DNA from: Bacteroidaceae bacterium
GTDB taxonomy: Bacteria > Bacteroidota > Bacteroidia > Bacteroidales > Barnesiellaceae_A
Assembly: GCA_017522135.1 (NCBI GenBank)
Contig: JAFXAB010000001.1
Span: 1,043-65,042, forward strand
Length of the DNA: 64,000 bases
Direction of reading: 5' to 3'
The notes below the pieces were generated by a model. It was not told the DNA's origin. It made no database searches and worked only from the letters and a program-made list of their open reading frames with translations. Each line of letters starts with the position of its first letter. Position 1 is the first letter of the stretch. Positions 8,260-16,047 of this stretch are shown here, one piece after another. Both the position numbers and the translations under genes were made by a program.

Positions 8260-8934
8260 TTATAAATTGTTGTTAGTTACAGGTGGGCATAAGCACCAAT
8301 ATTGAAATGCCAATTCTTCGTATTTCTCACGACCACGATTATAGACCTCATCGCCACGATTTATGAACTTCTTGAATATGCAGCAGTTCTTTTTGCTGAT
8401 GGCGTAGATGAAATCACGGTTGCTCTTTGCGATGTCCATATACCAGGCACGACTCCTGTCCCAATCGAAGAAATCAACAGCTTCCTCGAACTGTTGCTGT
8501 GTGGCGGCGAATGTTGTTTTGAGGTCGCCACCGAAGCCACCGAGCCACCAATCCCATTTGCACCGGGTATCGAGCGTGAACGGAAATTCGCAGTATGTGA
8601 ACTGCTGTGCCTTATTGACCATAAAGCGTTGCGTTTCGGCGCATTCAAGAACTTTGGCAAGGAACGCATCTTTGCGTGCTTCCATACGGAGAGCCTTTTG
8701 CATTTCCTGTGCGTGTCGGAACTCATCTTCTGTGTATGGCACATCGTCCACTGTTAGGCGGTAGTAGTCCACCTTTGACGGCTCTGTGATGATGGCATCG
8801 ACCAACGAGCCGAAGCGGAACGCCGCCTCTTTGTCTCCGAACTGCATACGTGGGTGTAAGATGTTTTTCAGTTCGGTGAGGTCAGAGTTACTGACCTCAC
8901 TTCTGCTGTAATAATTATCGCTCATAGTAATCAT
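8260..8934 (-). CDS. PD-(D/E)xK exonuclease (RecE/ExoVIII-like)
   Basis: YY...VSNSDL, FGSLVDA, RCKWD, DLKTT motifs; close to RecT; start likely 8934 or 8925. Confidence 0.75.
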   Translation of the reverse strand: MITMSDNYYSRSEVSNSDLTELKNILHPRMQFGDKEAAFRFGSLVDAIITEPSKVDYYRLTVDDVPYTEDEFRHAQEMQKALRMEARKDAFLAKVLECAETQRFMVNKAQQFTYCEFPFTLDTRCKWDWWLGGFGGDLKTTFAATQQQFEEAVDFFDWDRSRAWYMDIAKSNRDFIYAISKKNCCIFKKFINRGDEVYNRGREKYEELAFQYWCLCPPVTNNNL

Positions 8935-9226
8935 CGTAATCTTCTTCGTACTCAACCTCGCCGACACCATCACACACTTCGCAGGTCTCCTTTTCGCCTC
9001 GTATGTAATGTTGTCGCTTGGCTTCTGCTTCTTCCTCTGTCTCGGGGAGACACAACCACGTTTCTTCTGTACATTCGGTCTCTTCGTTTGTCTCGAAGTT
9101 GTAGGCGTGCCAATGGCAACCTTCACCGTTACAGGCTTCGCATTTTACATAGTGAGGCTCTTTCTCGTTCCACGGCGCACGTGGGTCGTGTTCTGCTCCG
9201 GGTGGGTAGTATCCGCTTTCGTACAT
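8915..9226 (-). CDS. Phage zinc-finger protein (two CxxCxGxG motifs)
   Basis: YPPGAEHDPRAPWN, CEACNGEG, CEVCDGVG. Confidence 0.75.
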   Translation of the reverse strand: MYESGYYPPGAEHDPRAPWNEKEPHYVKCEACNGEGCHWHAYNFETNEETECTEETWLCLPETEEEAEAKRQHYIRGEKETCEVCDGVGEVEYEEDYDDYYER

Positions 9227-9228
9227 AG

Positions 9229-10422
9229 TTACTTTGCTTTTACGTCCTCGACATATTCCACACTCTCATCGCTGATGTACGTTCCCTCTTTGGCGAGTTT
9301 TTCACAGAATGTTATCTGCTTCTTGAACATCTTGGTGAGTTCCTCAACAGAGAGGTGGCAACCCTCCTTGCTCCACCACATAGAGAGAATAGGCATAATG
9401 CCCTCGGGATTGAGCAGGTTGATTTTCTGTGCAACCTTTACCTTTGGTTGGTAGCCGGAGGATACGACTGCTTGCTGACCGAACAGGCTTTCCATTTCGG
9501 ACTGCTGACGTGCCATTTCTGCCTTCTGCTTTTCCTCTTCCTCCTTGCGGCGGCGTTCTGCCTCCTGTTCCTCGGCTTCCTTGCGCTGACGTGCTTCCAT
9601 TTCTTCCTTGATACGTGCAGCTTCCTCGGCTGATGCCTGTGCCATACGTTCGAGGTTGGTTTTCTTGGACGGCAGACGGTCGATGATGTACTGCTTTGTG
9701 CTGTCTATCTCGAACTCGTATTGCTCCTTGAACTGCTTGGCAAGGCGTTCCTTTGTCTCAATCTCTGCCTTGCGTATCTCATCTACTGTTATTCCGGCAG
9801 GAATGCGAATAAGGGTGTGCAGGTTGTAGAGGAAGTCGGCAGGAAGTTCCGTTGAATAGTCCTTAACCTGCTTGAATGATGCTTCGTAGTTGTCGAGGGT
9901 AACGGCATTATCAATGGCAGTCAGAGCGTTGCAGTCTCTGTTCACAAGGGATTGGAACTGCTGTTTGAAATCGTCCTCGATGTCCTGTCGCATCTTGGTA
10001 CGTGCCGCCTCTGCCTGTTGGCGTTCGTACTCCTTACGGCGGCGTTCCTCCTCATCGGCACGTTTCTTGGCGGCGAACTTATTGCGGAACTGTTGTAACT
10101 TGAATGGTATTGTACCTTCTTTGGTAGGGTCGATGGCATTCTCCATTACTGTGAACTCCTTGCGGATTGTGTCGAACAGTTGGGTAACAGGCGCACGGCG
10201 TTCGTTCATCTTCTTGACGGTCTTGCGTGCTTTCTCAATGTACTGTGCCGCACGTTGGTCGAGTTCGTCCGTCATTCCTCCTTGCACAATGGCATCGAGG
10301 ATTGCTTTCCCGGCAGCTTCGCAGTTCTCACGAGATAGTTTGTTGTCCTTATAGGACTGTGGAGCGGCAGACACAATAGTCTGTATATTCTCCTGCTTGA
10401 TAATTGCTAATTCCTGTGACAT
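9229..10422 (-). CDS. Phage coiled-coil protein of the recombination module
   Basis: 397 aa, E/K/R/A-rich coiled coil, between RecT and the exonuclease. Confidence 0.8.
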   Translation of the reverse strand: MSQELAIIKQENIQTIVSAAPQSYKDNKLSRENCEAAGKAILDAIVQGGMTDELDQRAAQYIEKARKTVKKMNERRAPVTQLFDTIRKEFTVMENAIDPTKEGTIPFKLQQFRNKFAAKKRADEEERRRKEYERQQAEAARTKMRQDIEDDFKQQFQSLVNRDCNALTAIDNAVTLDNYEASFKQVKDYSTELPADFLYNLHTLIRIPAGITVDEIRKAEIETKERLAKQFKEQYEFEIDSTKQYIIDRLPSKKTNLERMAQASAEEAARIKEEMEARQRKEAEEQEAERRRKEEEEKQKAEMARQQSEMESLFGQQAVVSSGYQPKVKVAQKINLLNPEGIMPILSMWWSKEGCHLSVEELTKMFKKQITFCEKLAKEGTYISDESVEYVEDVKAK

Positions 10423-10434
10423 AGTTGTATGGGG

Positions 10435-11385
10435 TTAGAATGTGTCGTCTGCATTGTCTGATTGCTGTGCAGGGTCGATTGTTACACCTGCGGACATATC
10501 GGGTGCAGGTGCGAAATGCTGTTCCTGCTGTTGAGGCTGCTCTGTTCCAACACCGCCGTATGGGTCGATGTCTGTCTGTTGTTGCTGCTCGATGATTTCA
10601 GTTTCGAGAGCGGAGCCACGACCGATATTCAGTTTCGGGTAGGTCTTGAAAGCGTGCTTCACGCACTTTGCCATAAGGAAACCTGTGTCTATCTGACCGT
10701 CTTTGTTGTAGAGTTCGTTAGGCTTAACTACATATTGACGTGTCTTGCTGTCGAAGTAGGTGTTCTGCTTGTCGCTGTAACCTTTGAGGCGCATCCAATC
10801 CTGTTCAGTCATCACAGAATAGTCTATCGTACCATCGGCACGTGTAATCTTCAAGAAACAGGCAATAATCTTGTTGGACTTGCGAGGGAAAGCGGACATA
10901 TAGTTCACTATCTTTTGTCCGTTCTGTTCGCCGTATTGGAATGTGTCGCCCTCGTACACGATTACAGGATTGTCGGCGTGGCGTATCTGTCCGGCATTCT
11001 TGCGCAGCACTAATTCGCCATACCCCGAAATGGTAAGGTTGCAGACTTTCTCCCAAATGTCGTTGCCTTGTTGGTTTGTGCCTACCTTGACATTGCGAGG
11101 AATGAGGTAACAGAGTGCCTGTGCGCCCGGTGCAAGGGTAAGTCCCTTTACAGCAAGGTCAATAAAGGCATAGAAGATTGATGTACCAGAGCATTCACGC
11201 AGGTTGGCTTTGTCTCTCAACTGTTGGTTGAAGTAGATTGCTTCACGCTCGTACACCTGTTCTCCGCCCTCTTTCCAAATGGAGTTATAGACGTTGATGA
11301 ATTGACTACGGACACGCTCATTGCGTATCACATCGGTTGCTTTTGTCTGTTGCAACTCTTGGGCTAATGATAATGCATTGCTCAT
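10435..11385 (-). CDS. RecT-like single-strand annealing protein
   Basis: GLTL..CYLIP..ISGYGEL..VYEGDTF..MAKCVKHAFKTYPK; acidic tail ending DDTF. Confidence 0.82.
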   Translation of the reverse strand: MSNALSLAQELQQTKATDVIRNERVRSQFINVYNSIWKEGGEQVYEREAIYFNQQLRDKANLRECSGTSIFYAFIDLAVKGLTLAPGAQALCYLIPRNVKVGTNQQGNDIWEKVCNLTISGYGELVLRKNAGQIRHADNPVIVYEGDTFQYGEQNGQKIVNYMSAFPRKSNKIIACFLKITRADGTIDYSVMTEQDWMRLKGYSDKQNTYFDSKTRQYVVKPNELYNKDGQIDTGFLMAKCVKHAFKTYPKLNIGRGSALETEIIEQQQQTDIDPYGGVGTEQPQQQEQHFAPAPDMSAGVTIDPAQQSDNADDTF

Positions 11386-11426
11386 AATGTAAATAATTAA
11401 AGTTATTGAAATACAGTTGTCTGTTG

Positions 11427-11511
11427 TGGGAGTGACAGGATTTGAACCTGCGACCTGCTGCTGCTTGCCATTTGGGTACGTACCGCCGCTCTTCCGCTGA
11501 GCTACACTCCC
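11427..11511 (-). ncRNA. tRNA-like RNA / pseudo-tRNA with aberrant anticodon domain
   Basis: GGGAGTG/CACTCCC acceptor stem, TA-GCTC..GAGC D arm, AGGTC, GCAGG-TTCAAAT-CCTGT T arm, A73, no encoded CCA; 30 nt instead of 17 in the anticodon region. Confidence 0.75.
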
Positions 11512-11516
11512 TTATG

Positions 11517-11789
11517 TTATATCTTGAAATAGTCCTGTTTCACGTTCTGTAAAGCTCTCAACTCTGCCGTGCGGTACTCGACTTTGCCGGGACGTTTGCA
11601 AGGCTCTATCTTGCCCTCTCTGCGCCATCTATCGACATTGCCACGTCCGAACATCGTGTATGCCTGTCGTTGGCTGACTGTCTCGGGGTCGTTGCGTACT
11701 TCGGAGAGCATACGCACTACCGAAGCGGCAACATCGTGGATGAACGTCTCATAGGTAACTGACTTATCGGAAAAATCGAGTGTGAGCAT
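11517..11789 (-). CDS. Excisionase-like/HTH DNA-binding protein
   Basis: SQRQAYTMFGRGNVDRWRREGKIEP..GKVEY winged-HTH pattern. Confidence 0.7.
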   Translation of the reverse strand: MLTLDFSDKSVTYETFIHDVAASVVRMLSEVRNDPETVSQRQAYTMFGRGNVDRWRREGKIEPCKRPGKVEYRTAELRALQNVKQDYFKI

Positions 11790-11793
11790 AGAT

Positions 11794-11934
11794 TTACTTT
11801 TTATTGGTTTGACTTTGACACGCAGGTGTCTTGTCGTACTCTACATTTCGTTTGAGCAGGGTGCAGTAGCGACCATTCAACTGCTCATAGGCTTTTGCAC
11901 ACTTGGCGCAAATGGGATTGGTATGTGATGCCAT
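11794..11934 (-). CDS. Small Cys-rich phage protein
   Basis: CAKC..NGRYC..VEY..PAC; ATG at 11934. Confidence 0.6.
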   Translation of the reverse strand: MASHTNPICAKCAKAYEQLNGRYCTLLKRNVEYDKTPACQSQTNKK

Positions 11935-11936
11935 AG

Positions 11937-12164
11937 TTAGAATATGCTTAATTGATGACCACGTTTCTTTACTGTGCGTTCGTAACGCTTGCACGTATCT
12001 TTGAAAGGACAGTTGCCGGACTTGGCTTGCTGATAGGCGGAATGAAAGGTGTCCCAATCCACACCACGAAGAAATCCCATCAAGTCCATACAAAACCAAC
12101 CTTTATCCATTGATTTGTTCTCGCCTGTAATCTCGACAAGTCCGTTGCCTTTTGGTGTTCCCAT
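11937..12164 (-). CDS. Phage hypothetical protein
   Basis: 75 aa, coupled start, CPFKDTCKRY, ends QLSIF. Confidence 0.7.
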   Translation of the reverse strand: MGTPKGNGLVEITGENKSMDKGWFCMDLMGFLRGVDWDTFHSAYQQAKSGNCPFKDTCKRYERTVKKRGHQLSIF

Positions 12165-12427
12165 TATTCAAATAGATTAAAATCTAATTTCACATCTTCT
12201 GCTTGTCCTCGCATAACTTGGTAGGTAGTCGGAACAAGTTTCCTCTTCTGAAGGATATATCTTGTCGTTAATTGTATCTGTGCCACTGCTTGCGTTCTGT
12301 CATTCGGCAGCATCCATTTGGGGTGGTTATGTATGGTCCGAATGATTGCACTGGCTACCACCTGTGCGGCGTATAGGAAACCCTCATTGAAGCCGCTATC
12401 ATACTTTTGCATTTCTTCCTTTGTCAT
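12164..12427 (-). CDS. Phage hypothetical protein
   Basis: Translationally coupled ORF. Confidence 0.65.
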   Translation of the reverse strand: MTKEEMQKYDSGFNEGFLYAAQVVASAIIRTIHNHPKWMLPNDRTQAVAQIQLTTRYILQKRKLVPTTYQVMRGQAEDVKLDFNLFE

Positions 12428-12939
12428 TGCTGTTCTTTCTGATATTGTTCTACTTTTGCTTTCAGTCTCGCTTCTGCCAATGCAACACGTTCCTTTGCGA
12501 ACTCCACCTTTGCACGAATTTTCTGCAATGCAGGGTCTGTGGCTTCATCAAAGAATAAGTTACCTTGATTGGCTTTGATGTATGCTGCAACCCTGTTCTC
12601 CTGCAATGTGATTTTACTCTTCAATGCCACGAGCTGCGACAGGTCGCTTCTAAATCCGTACTTCTCACCACTTGTCTTGTCATAGAAAGACATAGTGGTG
12701 TAGATATAACTTCGAGGGTCTGCACAGACAAACTTTGCTTTGCGCCAATCAATTACCCATTGCCAACGCTCTACACTTTCACGTGGAAGGTCGTAACGAT
12801 GCAGCACGACCTCTTTTCCGTCCACCTTCTTGCAGATTAAGATTGCGACATACGCTTTAATGCTTAATTCTTTCTCTGCTTTGGCGTATGCCTTTGCGAG
12901 TTCTTGAAACTCTGCACCGATACCAACCTCCTGTGCCAT
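12424..12939 (-). CDS. Phage hypothetical protein
   Basis: 171 aa, RYDLPRE..RWQWVIDWR, C-terminal coiled coil. Confidence 0.75.
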   Translation of the reverse strand: MAQEVGIGAEFQELAKAYAKAEKELSIKAYVAILICKKVDGKEVVLHRYDLPRESVERWQWVIDWRKAKFVCADPRSYIYTTMSFYDKTSGEKYGFRSDLSQLVALKSKITLQENRVAAYIKANQGNLFFDEATDPALQKIRAKVEFAKERVALAEARLKAKVEQYQKEQQ

Positions 12940-12942
12940 TGC

Positions 12943-13140
12943 TTACTTGTTTTTCTCTTGTTGATACTCACGATAAGACTCGCGTACAAGTACCCACATC
13001 AAAAGGGCGAATAACAGAACTACGAGGAGACCGAATAAACCGATTGTGCCTTTGATGAGGTGAGCAATGCCCCAAGTGATTGTTCCGAGGAACATAAAGA
13101 CTGACATTGCAAGTTGGCTGAGGCTCATAAACTTATCCAT
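12943..13140 (-). CDS. Small two-TM phage membrane protein
   Basis: Two hydrophobic helices and a charged tail. Confidence 0.65.
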   Translation of the reverse strand: MDKFMSLSQLAMSVFMFLGTITWGIAHLIKGTIGLFGLLVVLLFALLMWVLVRESYREYQQEKNK

Positions 13141-13147
13141 AGTGATA

Positions 13148-13372
13148 TTATTTTGATGTTGAAAATTCCTCCACGACTACAAATCTCTCAACCTTTACAG
13201 GGAAATCCGGCTCACCGTCAAACTCATTGTTCAGTTTGGCACACAAATTCATATTCTTGTGTGAACGGTCGAGGTTTACATCACAGAGTAATGAGCCTTT
13301 GGCAGTCTGAAAAACCTCACGACCAAACGAGTCAAAACCGATACTCTTAATCTCAATCTTATTCATAATCAT
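13148..13372 (-). CDS. Phage hypothetical protein
   Basis: GFDSFGREVF..LCDVN..FDGEPDFPV. Confidence 0.7.
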   Translation of the reverse strand: MIMNKIEIKSIGFDSFGREVFQTAKGSLLCDVNLDRSHKNMNLCAKLNNEFDGEPDFPVKVERFVVVEEFSTSK

Positions 13373-13377
13373 TGATT

Positions 13378-13689
13378 TTATTTGTTTAATAATGTTACTC
13401 TAATCCGAGCAGGACAGGACATTACATAGACATTGCTACATCGCAATACGCAGCGTAATAAAAGCATAGCAACATCTTCGTAAGGCAAATATTTAGTTCT
13501 GAGAGCAGCCATAGCCAAATCGTTATCAACAGTGCTAATGAGTTGTAGCATTTCAATCTTTTTCAACTGAACACCATCTAACTTTGCACGACTATGTATG
13601 AACTCGAATTTGTGTGCAGGGTATCGGCTGTCTATGAACTGCGGCATATTGCATCTTAATGTCACAGCCTTACGGTCAAGTCCTTTCAT
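13378..13689 (-). CDS. Phage hypothetical protein
   Basis: Start coupled (TAATG) to the stop of the Cro-like gene. Confidence 0.5.
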   Translation of the reverse strand: MKGLDRKAVTLRCNMPQFIDSRYPAHKFEFIHSRAKLDGVQLKKIEMLQLISTVDNDLAMAALRTKYLPYEDVAMLLLRCVLRCSNVYVMSCPARIRVTLLNK

Positions 13690-13895
13690 TATGCTCTACG
13701 TGTTACGCTGATAGTTCTCTCTTGTCTATTGATGGAAGTCGAAAAGACCTTATTCCACTCAAACCCATACTCACTGCACATTGCCTTTACCGAGCCTCTC
13801 TTCTCGGCAGGAAAGACAAGAACATCGCCTACTTCCATTTCACGCAACTGTGTTAAAATCGGTTTAGAAACCGCTGTTTTCACTGCTTCATTCAT
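13689..13895 (-). CDS. Cro-like small DNA-binding protein, first gene of the early operon
   Basis: 68 aa LREMEVGDVLVFP..SVK..ISVTR, divergent from the repressor. Confidence 0.65.
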   Translation of the reverse strand: MNEAVKTAVSKPILTQLREMEVGDVLVFPAEKRGSVKAMCSEYGFEWNKVFSTSINRQERTISVTRRA

Positions 13896-13928
13896 AGTTT
13901 CTCGAATTATTTATTTAACTTAGTGCTG

Positions 13929-13960
13929 CAAAGATAAACAATTTGACAATTACAACCAAA
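13929..13960 (-). promoter_or_regulatory. Bacteroidetes sigma-A-type promoter of the early operon
   Basis: Minus strand TTTG (13960-13957), 20-nt spacer, TATCTTTG (13936-13929) = TTTG/TAnnTTTG consensus. Confidence 0.75.
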
Positions 13961-13989
13961 CAAAATGACAATTATTTGTCGATTTGTTT
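13936..13989. promoter_or_regulatory. Repeated 16-bp operator-like sites (AAACAAwwyGACAAwT)
   Basis: AAACAATTTGACAATT 13936-13951, AAACAAAATGACAATT 13958-13973, inverted variant 13974-13989. Confidence 0.7.
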
Positions 13990-14007
13990 ATAAAATATTT
14001 TTTGGAT

Positions 14008-14355
14008 ATGAATAAAACCTTGATGTTGGAGCAGTTAATCAACCATTACACAGATGGTAATAAGGCGAATTTTGCAGCGATGATAGGCATTAAGCCTCAA
14101 TTGCTTAGCAATTGGCTTAAACGAAATACATTTGATGCAGAACTGTTGTATAAAGGCTGCAAGAATATTTCAGCAGATTGGCTTTTGAGCGAAGAGGGGG
14201 ATATGATACGCGATAAACAAAATGACAATTCACAGTTTGTTTCGCAGAGTAATAGTCCAGAACTTATTGCCCTTTGCAAAGCGTTAGTTGAGAACTATCA
14301 GCAACGAGATGATGTAATGAACAAATTGGTGTCAATGGTTAAAGGGATTGAGTGA
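14008..14355 (+). CDS. CI-like HTH repressor (no S24 peptidase domain)
   Basis: GNKANFAAMIGIKPQLLSNWLKR..ISADWLL HTH; divergent from the early operon. Confidence 0.85.
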   Translation: MNKTLMLEQLINHYTDGNKANFAAMIGIKPQLLSNWLKRNTFDAELLYKGCKNISADWLLSEEGDMIRDKQNDNSQFVSQSNSPELIALCKALVENYQQRDDVMNKLVSMVKGIE

Positions 14356-15038
14356 TGGAATTTGTTTCAATATCAAACATTGGCAGCATACGCATTTTAG
14401 ATGTTCCGTTAGGAGTTGGATGTGATTATGTGAAAAAAGTATTGAGAACATTCGATTTACAAGAGAATAATAATTGCCTGTATTTAGAGAATGTTAGCAT
14501 CGACAACCTTCCTCCAATAAATATCCATTTCAATAAAGACAATGATGGCTGCATTGATAGGATATATATAGGACAATCGCAGTTAAGCCAAAAGGAATGT
14601 GATACGCTATTCAAATACTTCAAAAAACACTTAGTGGGGGAGTTGAATGTTTTATCTGACAAAGAAGAAGAATTTGAGTTAAGCAACTATCTGCATCGTG
14701 TTTGTATCGGCAGACAAAGAGGAATAGGAAATGATGAAAACAAATATCCATTCTTTTTACACATAGCAGGAAGACTTATGGGAAAGAATGAGCCGGAATT
14801 AAAGTATGCTATGAAGCAGTTGTATTTGGAAAGAGGAGTACAACCTACTAATAAGCCTCATACACGCATTTCTGTATCACAGACGATAAAAGTATTATTT
14901 CTAATACTTATGCTGATTGTAGCGTTTCTTTTCGCTCTTAATGGGCGATACGCTCCAGCAGGAGAACAAGGGGCTTTTATGGACAAATGGACGAAAATAC
15001 TAATTGTTCCTAATGATGGAAAATATGAAAAATTTTGA
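14352..15038 (+). CDS. Membrane-anchored phage protein co-transcribed with the repressor
   Basis: Overlaps the repressor stop; one C-terminal TM helix followed by NGRY..DKW. Confidence 0.7.
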   Translation: MMEFVSISNIGSIRILDVPLGVGCDYVKKVLRTFDLQENNNCLYLENVSIDNLPPINIHFNKDNDGCIDRIYIGQSQLSQKECDTLFKYFKKHLVGELNVLSDKEEEFELSNYLHRVCIGRQRGIGNDENKYPFFLHIAGRLMGKNEPELKYAMKQLYLERGVQPTNKPHTRISVSQTIKVLFLILMLIVAFLFALNGRYAPAGEQGAFMDKWTKILIVPNDGKYEKF

Positions 15039-15107
15039 GTAGAAATAACCCTGCTGACAAACTGTTGTACGACATTTTATAACTCGCTGAAAAGCAGACC
15101 GAAATTA

Positions 15108-15136
15108 CAGCTGCTCAGGCTGCTATCGAGGCATAA
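15108..15136 (+). other. Putative att junction: 3'-terminal fragment of ppdK (AAQAAIEA*)
   Basis: GCT GCT CAG GCT GCT ATC GAG GCA TAA resembles the PPDK C-terminus (..ARLAAAQAAIE..); followed by a terminator. Confidence 0.65.
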
Positions 15137-15162
15137 GATGGTTATCTTAAACTTACATACGC

Positions 15163-15198
15163 AAGCGAGCATTCCCCATAAGGAGTGCTCGCTTTTTT
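15163..15198 (+). terminator. Rho-independent terminator
   Basis: AAGCGAGCATTCC-CCATAA-GGAGTGCTCGCTT followed by a T-run. Confidence 0.85.
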
Positions 15199-15254
15199 CA
15201 CTATATTTGCGGTAAATCGGTACAATTAAAAATAGAACTATATCAGGCACTACA

Positions 15255-15932
15255 ATGAATGAGAAAACCAAGCTACTACTCACAGCCCTGACAAAAGGCC
15301 TTGTAGGCTGCATGTTGATGGGCTTACTGATATTTGCCCCTGCCGGCACACTGTCGTATCATGGTGCATGGCTTTTGTTGGGTATTCTCTTTGTTCCTAT
15401 GACAATAATGGGGATTGTCATGATTATCAAATCACCCGACTTGTTGCGTCGCCGATTGGAGTCGAAAGAGCAACGCAACACACAACAAGGGGTTATCAAG
15501 CTATCGGGAGTGATATTCATCACCGGATTTATCATCGCCGGACTTGACTACCGTTGTGGGTGGTCTGATGTACCACAATGGGTAACGTACGGTAGTGCCC
15601 TACTCTTTCTCTTTGGGTATGCCTTGTATGCCGAGGTAATGCGCGAGAATGTGTGGCTGTCGCGTACTGTGCGTGTAGAGGAGGAACAAGAGGTAGTAAC
15701 TACCGGTCTGTATGGCATAGTACGCCATCCCATGTACACAGCTACGTTACTTATGTTCCAGGCCATGCCCTTGGTGCTTGGTTCGTGGTGGGCAACATTG
15801 ATTTTTCTACTATATATACCCATTATAGTGAGTCGTATAGTTGATGAAGAACGATTGCTACGGGTAGAACTGAAGGGTTACAACGAATATTGCTCTCACC
15901 TTCGTTGGAGGTTGATACCATATATCTGGTAG
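15255..15932 (+). CDS. Isoprenylcysteine carboxylmethyltransferase family membrane protein
   Basis: Multi-TM, VVTTGLYGIVRHPMY, EERLL..GYNEY..RLIPYIW; TATATTTG -7 box at 15202-15209. Confidence 0.9.
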   Translation: MNEKTKLLLTALTKGLVGCMLMGLLIFAPAGTLSYHGAWLLLGILFVPMTIMGIVMIIKSPDLLRRRLESKEQRNTQQGVIKLSGVIFITGFIIAGLDYRCGWSDVPQWVTYGSALLFLFGYALYAEVMRENVWLSRTVRVEEEQEVVTTGLYGIVRHPMYTATLLMFQAMPLVLGSWWATLIFLLYIPIIVSRIVDEERLLRVELKGYNEYCSHLRWRLIPYIW

Positions 15933-16047
15933 ATTGTCACACAATAGTTGTATACCCCCAATTATCGGTGTCATAAAAAAAGGCAAGCCACTATATCACA
16001 TAGCGTCTTGCCCAATCATGAAAAAACTCTATATAAATAGCATAATA

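Larger units (their letters stand above)
1..15110 (-). mobile_element. Temperate prophage, early/replication/immunity end; continues beyond the left edge of the window
   Basis: Dense, translationally coupled minus-strand phage-type genes (YopX, VRR-NUC, RecT, SNF2, DUF4373 initiator, DnaC-like), a divergent HTH pair, and an abrupt switch to host genes after an att-like junction at ~15108. Confidence 0.93.

Noticed and set aside
8935-9126. N-terminal extension of the 288-aa ORF 8260-9126
   Set aside because: It overlaps the zinc-finger gene in another frame; the recognisable nuclease starts near 8934/8925
11427-11511. Assigning a functional isoacceptor (Tyr-GTA by position, or Ala-GGC from the ATGGCAA heptamer)
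   Set aside because: Neither candidate loop is closed by a pairing stem, and the acceptor has G3-C70 rather than the Ala G3-U70 determinant
15040-15200. tmRNA or tRNA as the integration target
   Set aside because: No T-arm/CCA end or YALAA-type tag; the fragment fits the PPDK C-terminus better
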